Shown one piece after another: positions 18,617-26,510 of a stretch of DNA of 28,066 nt. Source of the DNA: a virus. Taxonomy: Duplodnaviria; Caudoviricetes. Location of the stretch: positions 1-28,066 of IMG/VR virus record IMGVR_UViG_3300044300_001349. One strand, written 5' to 3'. Made by a program: the position numbers and the translations under genes. Below the pieces are notes generated by a model. The model saw only the letters and a program-made list of their open reading frames with translations, was not told the DNA's origin and searched no databases. The first letter of the stretch is position 1, and each line of letters begins with the position of its first letter.

Positions 18617-19708
18617 TTAAGCTCCGTAAGAAGTATTAAAAGATGAAGACTCTATGGAGACTGCTAATATAGAATAATTTTGTTCTAAATCGCCTTTCCC
18701 AGTTGTAAAATGATTTAAATCTTTTTTATTCATTATGCCGTAATCTTGAAATAATGTAACATCATAATTATGTAGTTTTATAAAACCAGTTGTTCCAGCA
18801 TGAAAAACTAAATTACCATCTGTTTTTATAAATGTACTACCAACAGAATCAATAGTTATATCCGAACTACCATCTAATATAAATGTACCTGTAACGTCTA
18901 ATTCTGGAGTGCTATCAACATTAAAAGCAAATCTAGTAGTAGTCCCATCATCCATATTAATTTGATCGCCATCAGCTGATAATACAATATCACCTACTGC
19001 ATCTATTGTAAAATCACCATCATCAGCTATTTGAGCATCAGTAATAACTGTTCCACCTATTGTAAAATCAGTAGTTGCATCTATTGTAGTTCCTTTTATA
19101 GTGCTATGAGAACTAGAACCTATAGTCGTATTATCTATCGAACCTGAATCTATATTAACATTTGTCATCGCATTAGAACCAAAATCAGAAACTGCATCTA
19201 TATCTAATTCTTTATGAAATTGCATTTTTTCTGAACTATCAGTTGTAACAAATGTTAAATAAGCATTATCAGCTTCTTCTATAACTAAAGCATTTGATTG
19301 ATTATCTGGAATCTCTATTGAGTTTTTACCTGCGACAGTAAACATTAAAGCTCCATCTCCTCCCTCTAATTGCAAGTCTCCAGACATTGCTCTTGTTCCA
19401 GCTACTAATAAATATTGAGTATGGTCATCACTAGTTAATCCACTTAAAGAAGCATGAAAACCAGAACCCATACTAAAAGAATGTCTACTTGCTCCACCAG
19501 GTGTTCTATTTTGTGGCATTTCTCCTGTAGAAGAAATCGCAACCCATTCGTTATTTTGTTTAACGTATTGTACAGTTCCAGATCCTTCGACATCCCTAAA
19601 AGATATATCGCTATTTACTCCTTCTTTTATATCAGGTCTACCAGAACCAAAAGTAGGTTGTTTGGATTTTTGATGTAATAGTTTTCTTTCTTCTCTAGTT
19701 AATGCCAT
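18617..19708 (-). CDS. Tail fibre-like structural protein
   Basis: HASLSGLTSDDHTQY...MSGDL fibre-shaft motif followed by T/D/G-rich short beta repeats (IDSGSIDNTTIG, FTIDAVGDIVLSADG). Confidence 0.65.
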   Translation of the reverse strand: MALTREERKLLHQKSKQPTFGSGRPDIKEGVNSDISFRDVEGSGTVQYVKQNNEWVAISSTGEMPQNRTPGGASRHSFSMGSGFHASLSGLTSDDHTQYLLVAGTRAMSGDLQLEGGDGALMFTVAGKNSIEIPDNQSNALVIEEADNAYLTFVTTDSSEKMQFHKELDIDAVSDFGSNAMTNVNIDSGSIDNTTIGSSSHSTIKGTTIDATTDFTIGGTVITDAQIADDGDFTIDAVGDIVLSADGDQINMDDGTTTRFAFNVDSTPELDVTGTFILDGSSDITIDSVGSTFIKTDGNLVFHAGTTGFIKLHNYDVTLFQDYGIMNKKDLNHFTTGKGDLEQNYSILAVSIESSSFNTSYGA

Positions 19709-22700
19709 TATCTAACATTCTTCAATCTATATACAATAGTAATATCGTTTATTTCAAAAGATGCACCAGCTGGAGATCCTAAAAGTTTTAATCTGAATGA
19801 AAAACAATTATTAGCATCTGTCCCAAATTTAAATTCAGCTTGAGTCCATTTAGATTGACTTGCAGAAAAACTTCCACTAGCAACTGCTGTATCTGGAGTT
19901 GTATCTCCATTCACTCCATATTTTAATAAAGGAACTCCTCCGCTTCCAGAACAATAAGATATATAAACTTTATATATTTTTTTTCTTACAGATGGATGTC
20001 CAAAATCAATATCTTTTGTAATGTAAGTAAAATTACTTGCAGAAGTAGGAGAAGGATCCCATGTGTACACATCTGCATCATCTTTTGATAAATAAAACAA
20101 TTCTTGATTTCCATTTAAAGCAAAGTTTGTTACTTCAGTATCATCTGGCAAACCAGGTGCTTGTTCTTTACCAGTCATCCAAGCTCTTAAAACAAAATCA
20201 TATATATATACATCTGTATTTTCATTTTTTATTAACAATTGTCTTCTTTTAGGAATATAAGCTATATGAGCAGATCCCATATCTAAATCATCAGAACTTC
20301 CATCTACTCCATCTGTAATAAAAGATTCCCAATCAGATTCACTTAATAATCTTTGACCATCTTTTTCTAATAAATTTAAAACATTCTTACCATTAAAAAA
20401 ATATACACCAAACAAATTAAACCAAGCTATTCCATAATCCGTTTTAGTAACATGATAATCAAATGCACATCCTTTATTTTCTAAAGTCTCCTCTAAAAAA
20501 TCTACGTTTTCAGATACATTAATTATATACATAGTTTTTTCTTTAAATTGCAATATCCTATCAGCGTATGCTTCTAGTTTTACTATACTTTCACCATCAT
20601 TTATAGTAACATCTATACTCCCCATTTTATCTGGGAATACATCAAATTTATTTACTTGGCTTTTCAATATTCTATCTGGAAAATTTTTACCACCTGACCC
20701 ACTAGGTTGTCTAATATTGCCTACATATGTTCTTCTTCCATGAACAACTGCAGTTTTAAATTTAGCATCTATTGAAGAAACATTTCCCCCATATCCATTT
20801 ATGCTTTTAAATGTATCTATAGTATTAGCAGATTCTGGAGTAATTGCTTTTACTATTACACAATTTTTATAAAAAGTTTCTCCAGTTGGAGTCCCATCTC
20901 CAGTTACATTAACCATTGTGTACGATAATAAATCTCCCTCTGGGAACCATTTAAAACCATTATCAATAAAATCTAATTCACCTATAAGATAAAAGTTATC
21001 ATTTTGTTCTAATTTATAATATAATCTTGATCCAGTTATTCTTTTACTTAAAGTGTAAACTGGAGAACCTGCACTGTTATATGGATTAATATAAGAATCA
21101 AAATTTAATAATATAGCATCACCTAATATATTTAATTTATTAACATTACCAGAACCAGTATCTGTAAATTGAAAAGGAAGAGATTCTTGTTTTTCTTCGT
21201 CATATAAATATGTATGATAAAAAGTATAAACTCCAGGTTGAAATCCTTGCACAGTAACTGGATTAATCATTACTGGGCCACTTACCCAAAACGTAGGAGA
21301 AGCTGAACTAGCATCAGAATCAGTAACATCTACATACCAATTAACTATAGTATCTCCTAATGTATAATCAGATGTTGCTATATTTGTAGAAGAACAAACT
21401 AATATATTCCAACAATCTGCAACAATTTCTTCTTTTGAAAAAACATATTGAACATTAGTAGCAGAACTAGCAGTATAATGTTTTACTTGAATATTTACTA
21501 AATCTGCATATTCAGCTGCAGTAATATACACTCCAATTACCCAACTATTTTGCTCATCTATTACATAAGATCTTCCATCATCTTGTACTACTGAATTTAC
21601 TCTACTAGCATTAGAAGTTATTTTTACATTATTATCTCCTATTAATGGATAATAAGTAGGATCATCGCTTAATGTTCCTCCTATAACACCGAGGGCAGAA
21701 GCTGTATTTGCAAATAATTTATTAAATTGTAAACCAACTCTTAAATTAACGCTAGACACATCAGCTACATCTTCTCCACTTGCATCTGCTACGTTACCAA
21801 TATATTCAGATGCACTTGAATTTACACCATTGCTATCAGAACCAGCAAAAGGAGTAGATATTAAACAATTACCAACAGTTGGGGATTGGATTGCTTGGTT
21901 TGCCTGAGTCCACCCAGTCGGGTTTCCAGTTGTAACTACAGAAACTGTAAATCCAGAATTACCAGCATGGGCATCAGTTTTTTCACCGCTATCAATTAAA
22001 GTTATAGTTACTGTGTTTGTGTCAGCGCTTGCGCTAAATTCTGAATTAGCATTAATAGCTCCAGCTACTTGAGTTGCGACTGTATTTGCGCTATCATTTG
22101 TAGTAATGCCAGTTACTTCTATATTGTGAATATAACTTCCACTGCCAGTAGGTTGAGAAGTTCCACTATTATCTACATCTATCCATACTTGAGTCTTATG
22201 ATTATCAGCTCCATATATATCAAAATATTTTCCATCTAAACTATCTGAACTATCAGCTACACAAACAACGGTTATTTTTTCAAATCTTTCTAAACTAGCA
22301 TTTAAACCACTAAATTTATTTTCATTAATATATCCAAACCATTTATTTTTAATTGAATCATCAAATTCACCATCACCTACTCTTAAATTACCATCCCCAA
22401 CATAAAAAACTGGTAAATCGCTATCAAAAGTAGTTATTTGATTAGCGTTCCAACCGCCACTATCTCTTATGTCTATTGCACTATCTGTATCATCATATGC
22501 AATTACGAAAGTTTCATTTGCGTTTGTTCCATCTAACTTCTTATCAGAAGCCATAGTAAACAAACCACGATTAGGTAATATATTTAATGTATGGCTAACA
22601 CTTTGGTCTCTATCAAATTGACCTAATGTTCTAATTCTTCCAAGATTCGTAATGTTAATATCTTGTAATGAAGAAGCTTCGTTTTCTTTTATATCTCTAG

Positions 22701-22761
22701 GATCAGCATTAGTATTTAGACCTCCATGAAATGATTCTATTTTATGTGTTTGTTTAGGCAT
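19708..22761 (-). CDS. Tail nozzle / tubular B / stabilization-type protein
   Basis: 1017 aa. N-terminal FHGGLNTNADPRDI, beta-propeller-like C-terminal half (ILKSQVNKFDVF, ILQFKEKTMYII, GC, YGIAWFNLFGVYFFNG) and terminal TKDIDFGHPSVRKKIYKVYISY, a pattern typical of podovirus nozzle proteins. Confidence 0.7.
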   Translation of the reverse strand: MPKQTHKIESFHGGLNTNADPRDIKENEASSLQDINITNLGRIRTLGQFDRDQSVSHTLNILPNRGLFTMASDKKLDGTNANETFVIAYDDTDSAIDIRDSGGWNANQITTFDSDLPVFYVGDGNLRVGDGEFDDSIKNKWFGYINENKFSGLNASLERFEKITVVCVADSSDSLDGKYFDIYGADNHKTQVWIDVDNSGTSQPTGSGSYIHNIEVTGITTNDSANTVATQVAGAINANSEFSASADTNTVTITLIDSGEKTDAHAGNSGFTVSVVTTGNPTGWTQANQAIQSPTVGNCLISTPFAGSDSNGVNSSASEYIGNVADASGEDVADVSSVNLRVGLQFNKLFANTASALGVIGGTLSDDPTYYPLIGDNNVKITSNASRVNSVVQDDGRSYVIDEQNSWVIGVYITAAEYADLVNIQVKHYTASSATNVQYVFSKEEIVADCWNILVCSSTNIATSDYTLGDTIVNWYVDVTDSDASSASPTFWVSGPVMINPVTVQGFQPGVYTFYHTYLYDEEKQESLPFQFTDTGSGNVNKLNILGDAILLNFDSYINPYNSAGSPVYTLSKRITGSRLYYKLEQNDNFYLIGELDFIDNGFKWFPEGDLLSYTMVNVTGDGTPTGETFYKNCVIVKAITPESANTIDTFKSINGYGGNVSSIDAKFKTAVVHGRRTYVGNIRQPSGSGGKNFPDRILKSQVNKFDVFPDKMGSIDVTINDGESIVKLEAYADRILQFKEKTMYIINVSENVDFLEETLENKGCAFDYHVTKTDYGIAWFNLFGVYFFNGKNVLNLLEKDGQRLLSESDWESFITDGVDGSSDDLDMGSAHIAYIPKRRQLLIKNENTDVYIYDFVLRAWMTGKEQAPGLPDDTEVTNFALNGNQELFYLSKDDADVYTWDPSPTSASNFTYITKDIDFGHPSVRKKIYKVYISYCSGSGGVPLLKYGVNGDTTPDTAVASGSFSASQSKWTQAEFKFGTDANNCFSFRLKLLGSPAGASFEINDITIVYRLKNVR

Positions 22762-22990
22762 TTTGCTCGTATTCTATATCTTCTATGATAAGATTTTGAG
22801 CATGCTCTGGTAATTCACATAACGAACAAGTATCTTCTGTAAAGTCTACTTCAGAATTTTCATCATGGCTAAAAATATCTAATCTAAGACCTCCTTCAGA
22901 ACCAGATATAGCACCGCCATTCCTTATCCTCGATTCGTTGAGTTCCTGTAAGGAATCATCTGGTTCAACATATCTCGTCTTTTCTTGCAT
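22754..22990 (-). CDS. Hypothetical acidic protein with CxxC (78 aa)
   Basis: Start re-assigned to the ATG at 22990 because AAGGAG lies 8 nt upstream (22999-23004). Contains CSLC; the stop overlaps the start of the nozzle gene. Confidence 0.65.
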   Translation of the reverse strand: MQEKTRYVEPDDSLQELNESRIRNGGAISGSEGGLRLDIFSHDENSEVDFTEDTCSLCELPEHAQNLIIEDIEYEQNA

Positions 22991-23100
22991 CCTCCACACT
23001 CCTTTATTTTTCCACGAGTAACAGTTTTTATTGCACGACTAACAGTGTCGCCAAATCCAATATCATTGCTAAATAAATCTACATTTATTTTTTTACCCAT
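22924..23100 (-). CDS. Small basic CxxC protein (58 aa; not in ORF track)
   Basis: Manually translated: MGKKINVDLFSNDIGFGDTVSRAIKTVTRGKIKECGGCKKRRDMLNQMIPYRNSTNRG. TAATG coupling to the upstream gene; the GxGDTV...CGGCKKR..LN pattern is familiar from phage small proteins. Confidence 0.75.
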   Translation of the reverse strand: MGKKINVDLFSNDIGFGDTVSRAIKTVTRGKIKECGGCKKRRDMLNQMIPYRNSTNRG

Positions 23101-23318
23101 TAATAACCACTACTCATATTTTTTTTAATACGATTTTTCATTCTAGCATTTTTAGACTTAGCCATTGCTGTTCCAACCATGTCTTTTTCTGCTTTAGCAG
23201 ATGTTCCAGCTTTTTGAGTTTTACCCATTTTCTTTCCACCATAACTCATACAATCAGCCATGCTTTTGTATTTTTTCCCTGGCCCAACCATTGTTTTACA
23301 CATTGCTTTACTTGGCAT
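23100..23318 (-). CDS. Small basic Lys/Met-rich protein (72 aa)
   Basis: AAGGA upstream, two Cys, very K/M-rich. Confidence 0.7.
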   Translation of the reverse strand: MPSKAMCKTMVGPGKKYKSMADCMSYGGKKMGKTQKAGTSAKAEKDMVGTAMAKSKNARMKNRIKKNMSSGY

Positions 23319-23340
23319 TTTATTTTCCTTTTTTATTTAT

Positions 23341-23535
23341 TTAAAAATTATCAAATCTTACTGAATCGTCACCAACTCCTGGCCCAACATCTTTCATTTT
23401 TTTCATAACTTTTCTATTTTTTTGTTTTGTTTCAGCTTTTAATCTAGCGTCTTTTTGTCTATTTCTAACTGGTTTGCATTTTTTTAACTTTTGATCGTAA
23501 ACTTCTCCAGTTTTGCATTTAGCTCTTTTTTTCAT
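23341..23535 (-). CDS. Small basic protein with CxxGxVYDxKLKKC motif (64 aa)
   Basis: Shares a 14-aa Cys motif with the adjacent ORF; co-oriented and tightly packed. Confidence 0.7.
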   Translation of the reverse strand: MKKRAKCKTGEVYDQKLKKCKPVRNRQKDARLKAETKQKNRKVMKKMKDVGPGVGDDSVRFDNF

Positions 23536-23675
23536 TGTTATTTTCCTTTCATTGATTTTTGAATTGCAGATGACCTTTTGCTTTCATAACTAGATAACTT
23601 GCCATCTTTATTCAGGTCTGCTTTTTTTGTTACACATTTTTTAAGTTTCATGTCGTAGACTTGACCTACTTTACA
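23476..23675 (-). repeat. Duplicated 42-nt coding module (CKTGEVYDQKLKKC at 23476-23517; CKVGQVYDMKLKKC at 23634-23675)
   Basis: 11 of 14 residues are identical between two neighbouring genes, with several synonymous differences at DNA level. Confidence 0.85.
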
Positions 23676-23792
23676 TTTCATTTTACCTTTCATATTATGT
23701 TTCCTTCTAATACCACCAGTTTTAAAATTTGTTGAACCACCTCTTCCTGTGTCTGGAGATGATACATCTGATAATCCAAATACATCAGCCAT
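23538..23792 (-). CDS. Small basic protein with Cys motif and single EF-hand-like loop (84 aa)
   Basis: Start re-assigned to ATG 23792 (TAATG overlap). Contains CKVGQVYDMKLKKC and DLNKDGKLSSYE. Confidence 0.72.
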   Translation of the reverse strand: MADVFGLSDVSSPDTGRGGSTNFKTGGIRRKHNMKGKMKCKVGQVYDMKLKKCVTKKADLNKDGKLSSYESKRSSAIQKSMKGK

Positions 23793-23986
23793 TATTTCCA
23801 ACTTATCCTTTTACTACTTGTTTTCTTTTTCATAGCAGAAGTGCATTGAGCCATAGTTGGTCTACAAGCAGGGTATCCTTTTCGTTTCTCACCTTTTCGC
23901 CTACCACAAGGTTTTCCTGTTTTGCAATCTACCCATCCTTTTCCTTGATTTCTTGAAAACCATTTTTTTAAACCTTCTTTAGCCAT
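23792..23986 (-). CDS. Small basic Cys/Trp-rich phage protein (64 aa)
   Basis: GLKKWF...WVDCKTGKPCGR...YPACRP, a pattern recognisable from aquatic phage small proteins. TAATG coupling at both ends. Confidence 0.8.
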   Translation of the reverse strand: MAKEGLKKWFSRNQGKGWVDCKTGKPCGRRKGEKRKGYPACRPTMAQCTSAMKKKTSSKRISWK

Positions 23987-24126
23987 TACTTCTTTTTCTT
24001 ACTTGAGTTGCCCCAATTAGCAGCTCCTACTTTACGGCATTTGACTAATGCTCCAGAAGCATAAGCTGAGGGCCATACTTTATATCTTGCTTTTACTTTG
24101 TGGTAACAAGCATCTTTTTTAGACAT
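23986..24126 (-). CDS. Small basic phage protein (46 aa; not in ORF track)
   Basis: Manually translated: MSKKDACYHKVKARYKVWPSAYASGALVKCRKVGAANWGNSSKKKK. It exactly fills the gap, abutting the upstream stop and overlapping the downstream ATG. Confidence 0.82.
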   Translation of the reverse strand: MSKKDACYHKVKARYKVWPSAYASGALVKCRKVGAANWGNSSKKKK

Positions 24127-24414
24127 TTAACATCTCCATCTTCTTCTAGCTGCACAAATTCTTTTGTCAGGTGTTTTTGAACAATTAATTCCATGCATCC
24201 TCATTTGACCTGCAGATCTACTACAATAAGACTTTCTTCTTTTAGCAGATTTGCTACCTGGTTTTACTTTACCAGTTACTGCAGTTTTAAGTTTAGAACC
24301 TGGGTTCATTCTCCTATAAGCAGCTACACCAGCTCTAGTCATTCCCGCTCCAGATTTTGTAGAACGAAAATTCCGTTTATTTTTTGCTGGCATTTTTCCT
24401 TGCTTTCGAGCCAT
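24127..24414 (-). CDS. Highly basic small phage protein (95 aa; DUF6321-like by recollection)
   Basis: GAGMTRAGVAAYRRMNPGSKLKTAVT...RRKSYCSRSAGQM...ARRRWRC; only one acidic residue. Confidence 0.82.
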   Translation of the reverse strand: MARKQGKMPAKNKRNFRSTKSGAGMTRAGVAAYRRMNPGSKLKTAVTGKVKPGSKSAKRRKSYCSRSAGQMRMHGINCSKTPDKRICAARRRWRC

Positions 24415-24415
24415 T

Positions 24416-24541
24416 TTACAATCCCATCCTCACTGATATTTTTTCTAATTTACTTCTTAAGTCTTCTAATTCTTTATATATAAACTCTATATGCTTATCT
24501 GTATTATTAGATTTTTTTGTTTGTTTTTTAACTGGTGGCAT
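24416..24541 (-). CDS. Small hypothetical protein (41 aa; not in ORF track)
   Basis: Manually translated: MPPVKKQTKKSNNTDKHIEFIYKELEDLRSKLEKISVRMGL. TAATG coupling upstream, ends 1 nt before the next ATG; short coiled coil. Confidence 0.7.
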   Translation of the reverse strand: MPPVKKQTKKSNNTDKHIEFIYKELEDLRSKLEKISVRMGL

Positions 24542-24717
24542 TACACACCAATCTTTTTTAACAATACACTTTTAATAACTTTCCAAAGTGCTTCAAGTAT
24601 CTTTTGTTCTGTCTTTTCTGAAATAATAGGTATATCTACAGCTTTATTAATTTCTGCAATAATTTCTGCTCCATTTTCATCTGACAATAAGTCATCTGCT
24701 ATAAGTTTAGCTAACAT
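24541..24717 (-). CDS. Small amphipathic helical protein (58 aa; not in ORF track)
   Basis: Manually translated: MLAKLIADDLLSDENGAEIIAEINKAVDIPIISEKTEQKILEALWKVIKSVLLKKIGV. AAGGAG 7 nt upstream. Confidence 0.78.
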   Translation of the reverse strand: MLAKLIADDLLSDENGAEIIAEINKAVDIPIISEKTEQKILEALWKVIKSVLLKKIGV

Positions 24718-24718
24718 A

Positions 24719-24865
24719 CTAACTCTCCTTTATTTTTTTTGTTTTTAAGTATAAATAGTAAATTTGTATTGCAAACATAACGCACATAAGAATACCAGAT
24801 AATAAATCTGTCCAATATACAAATCCCAAACTTGTGCTTAATCCTGTAACTTTTAAACTATCCAT
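24719..24865 (-). CDS. Small membrane protein, holin-like (48 aa; not in ORF track)
   Basis: Manually translated: MDSLKVTGLSTSLGFVYWTDLLSGILMCVMFAIQIYYLYLKTKKIKES. One or two hydrophobic helices plus a basic C-tail; TAATG coupling. Confidence 0.65.
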   Translation of the reverse strand: MDSLKVTGLSTSLGFVYWTDLLSGILMCVMFAIQIYYLYLKTKKIKES

Positions 24866-25077
24866 TAATTTACACTATCCGCTTGTGATTTAGATCCTTG
24901 GCCTGAATTAAAAAATGATATTGTACTTTGCATTTTTTCTTGTTCTATTTGTTTTTTTAATACCATAGAATATAGTAAATCTAAATGCTTTAATAATGAG
25001 TCTATTTGAGGAACTTCGACAATTAAAGTTTTTTCTTGTTTATATTGATTATTGTATATGTCTGCTAAACTATGCAT
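24865..25077 (-). CDS. Hypothetical protein (70 aa)
   Basis: TAATG overlaps at both ends. Confidence 0.7.
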   Translation of the reverse strand: MHSLADIYNNQYKQEKTLIVEVPQIDSLLKHLDLLYSMVLKKQIEQEKMQSTISFFNSGQGSKSQADSVN

Positions 25078-25394
25078 TAATGTCTTCCGTTTATTCTACT
25101 CAAAGAACCTTTTACTTCTGATATTTGATTATCTAAATCATTTACTTCTTTAGTTAAAGCATCAAATTTTCTATCTAATTTGTCATCAGATTGATTCCAT
25201 CTACCAATTAATTTTATAATCATACCTTCCATATTTTCTAAAGTTTCACTTTGTCCTTTATTTTCTACTTTTAAATTTTCAAGTGTTTCTTGTTGCTTAG
25301 CCGCCTTATTCGACATTTGCACTACTAAATATACAAACATTGCACCAACAACTCCAATCATTCCCGCTTCGCCATAGACTGCTAAAAAATCCAT
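25077..25394 (-). CDS. Membrane-anchored coiled-coil protein (holin/spanin-like)
   Basis: N-terminal TM segment (AGMIGVVGAMFVYLVV) followed by heptad-rich coiled coil. Confidence 0.65.
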   Translation of the reverse strand: MDFLAVYGEAGMIGVVGAMFVYLVVQMSNKAAKQQETLENLKVENKGQSETLENMEGMIIKLIGRWNQSDDKLDRKFDALTKEVNDLDNQISEVKGSLSRINGRH

Positions 25395-25714
25395 TATTTC
25401 TTTTTTCTTTTACCCCAACTTAAAGGATTAATATTAAATTCTTTTTCATAAAAAGCTACTTTTTCTGCTAATTCTTCTCTTTCAATTTTTTCTTCCACGA
25501 TATGTTTTTCAAGCAAGTTTCCAATTTGTTGATTTGCATCAACCATTTTGTCTTCCAATTTTCGTATTCGTGTTTCAATTTGCCAATAACCATATACCAA
25601 CATTCCAATAAGAACTGCAATTTGACCAAGCCATTTAAGGTTAATAGAAACAATGGCGTTGTCATCAAGAATAGCAGTACGATAACTTCTGGCGGTATTT
25701 GGTTTTCCACTCAC
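25394..25714 (-). CDS. Membrane-anchored coiled-coil protein (possible i-spanin)
   Basis: GTG start overlapping the upstream TGA; TM segment WLGQIAVLIGMLVYGYWQI, then coiled coil and basic tail. Confidence 0.65.
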   Translation of the reverse strand: MSGKPNTARSYRTAILDDNAIVSINLKWLGQIAVLIGMLVYGYWQIETRIRKLEDKMVDANQQIGNLLEKHIVEEKIEREELAEKVAFYEKEFNINPLSWGKRKKK

Positions 25715-25956
25715 TTTACCTCAATTTGTTCCATTCGTTGATGCTTATAACACCAATTACTATCATCGCTGATACGACCATGAAACCAATGAATAGTTGA
25801 ATCAACATCCATTATCTCTGTAAAAACTGTATTTGTAAGTGTATCTTGTGGTGCTAAAGGAATGTTTCCCACTATCCAACCTTGATTGCAATTCGTTATC
25901 CCTAATATAATTAATAGGAATCCCATAACTCGTACTAACAACTTTAAAATCTCCAT
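25711..25956 (-). CDS. Putative lipoprotein (possible o-spanin)
   Basis: Hydrophobic signal LLVRVMGFLLIILGITN followed by Cys (imperfect lipobox). The stop overlaps the next start (GTGA); the exact start Met is uncertain. Confidence 0.55.
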   Translation of the reverse strand: MEILKLLVRVMGFLLIILGITNCNQGWIVGNIPLAPQDTLTNTVFTEIMDVDSTIHWFHGRISDDSNWCYKHQRMEQIEVK

Positions 25957-25984
25957 TTTTATATTTTTTAATTTTTTTATTCAT
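25802..25984 (-). CDS. Hypothetical protein overlapping the lipoprotein gene in another frame (60 aa)
   Basis: The ATG overlaps the upstream stop (ATGA), implying translational coupling; 155-nt overlap with 25711-25956. Confidence 0.35.
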   Translation of the reverse strand: MNKKIKKYKNGDFKVVSTSYGIPINYIRDNELQSRLDSGKHSFSTTRYTYKYSFYRDNGC

Positions 25985-26271
25985 AATTCTGTTATTACTG
26001 AATTAACTAATTTATGTTTTCCAACTATCATTCTTCCTTTTCCTCCGCCATGTTCATCTTCACATTTATCAACATATGCTTGTTCAATCGTATTCCAATT
26101 ATCGCTACGTTGTATAATTTCACCATTAAATACAAGAAAATATTTTTTACTAGCAGGATAAGTAAGGGTCTCTGTTGTACCATCTGAATATTTCTTTGTA
26201 CGAGTAGAATTAGGAGTCGTATTTCTATACAACTTTAAATCATGACCCTTTGAACTTTTCCTTATAAGCAT
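25981..26271 (-). CDS. Hypothetical protein (96 aa)
   Basis: TAATG coupling to the upstream gene; normal globular composition. Confidence 0.75.
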   Translation of the reverse strand: MLIRKSSKGHDLKLYRNTTPNSTRTKKYSDGTTETLTYPASKKYFLVFNGEIIQRSDNWNTIEQAYVDKCEDEHGGGKGRMIVGKHKLVNSVITEL

Positions 26272-26495
26272 TAGTCTTCTTTAACCTCTTCAGATTCTAA
26301 TGATTGTTTTAACATATTAACAAATCCATCGTGACCAACTTTTAATTGATCTGCAATAAAACCATTAGATGCTTGTTTGTTTTGTATGTCTTTTATATGA
26401 TGTACCATTATTTTCTGTTCGTCAGTTAAATCCTCAATGATATACTCTTTACCATCAAGATTAATAACTGGCTTTTCTTTTTCTTTTTTTGCCAT
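26271..26495 (-). CDS. Small acidic protein following tail fibre (possible fibre assembly helper)
   Basis: AAGGAG 6 nt upstream. The INLDGKEYIIEDLTDEQK plus helix pattern commonly follows fibre genes in aquatic phages. Confidence 0.75.
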   Translation of the reverse strand: MAKKEKEKPVINLDGKEYIIEDLTDEQKIMVHHIKDIQNKQASNGFIADQLKVGHDGFVNMLKQSLESEEVKED

Positions 26496-26510
26496 TATTG
26501 ACTCCTTGTG

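Noticed and set aside
6013-20252. Plus-strand ORFs antisense to structural genes (6013, 9209, 10644, 11127, 12174, 15568, 16566, 19454, 20061)
   Set aside because: They are shadow ORFs of long minus-strand genes, mostly with S/F/L/I-rich antisense composition and no RBS.
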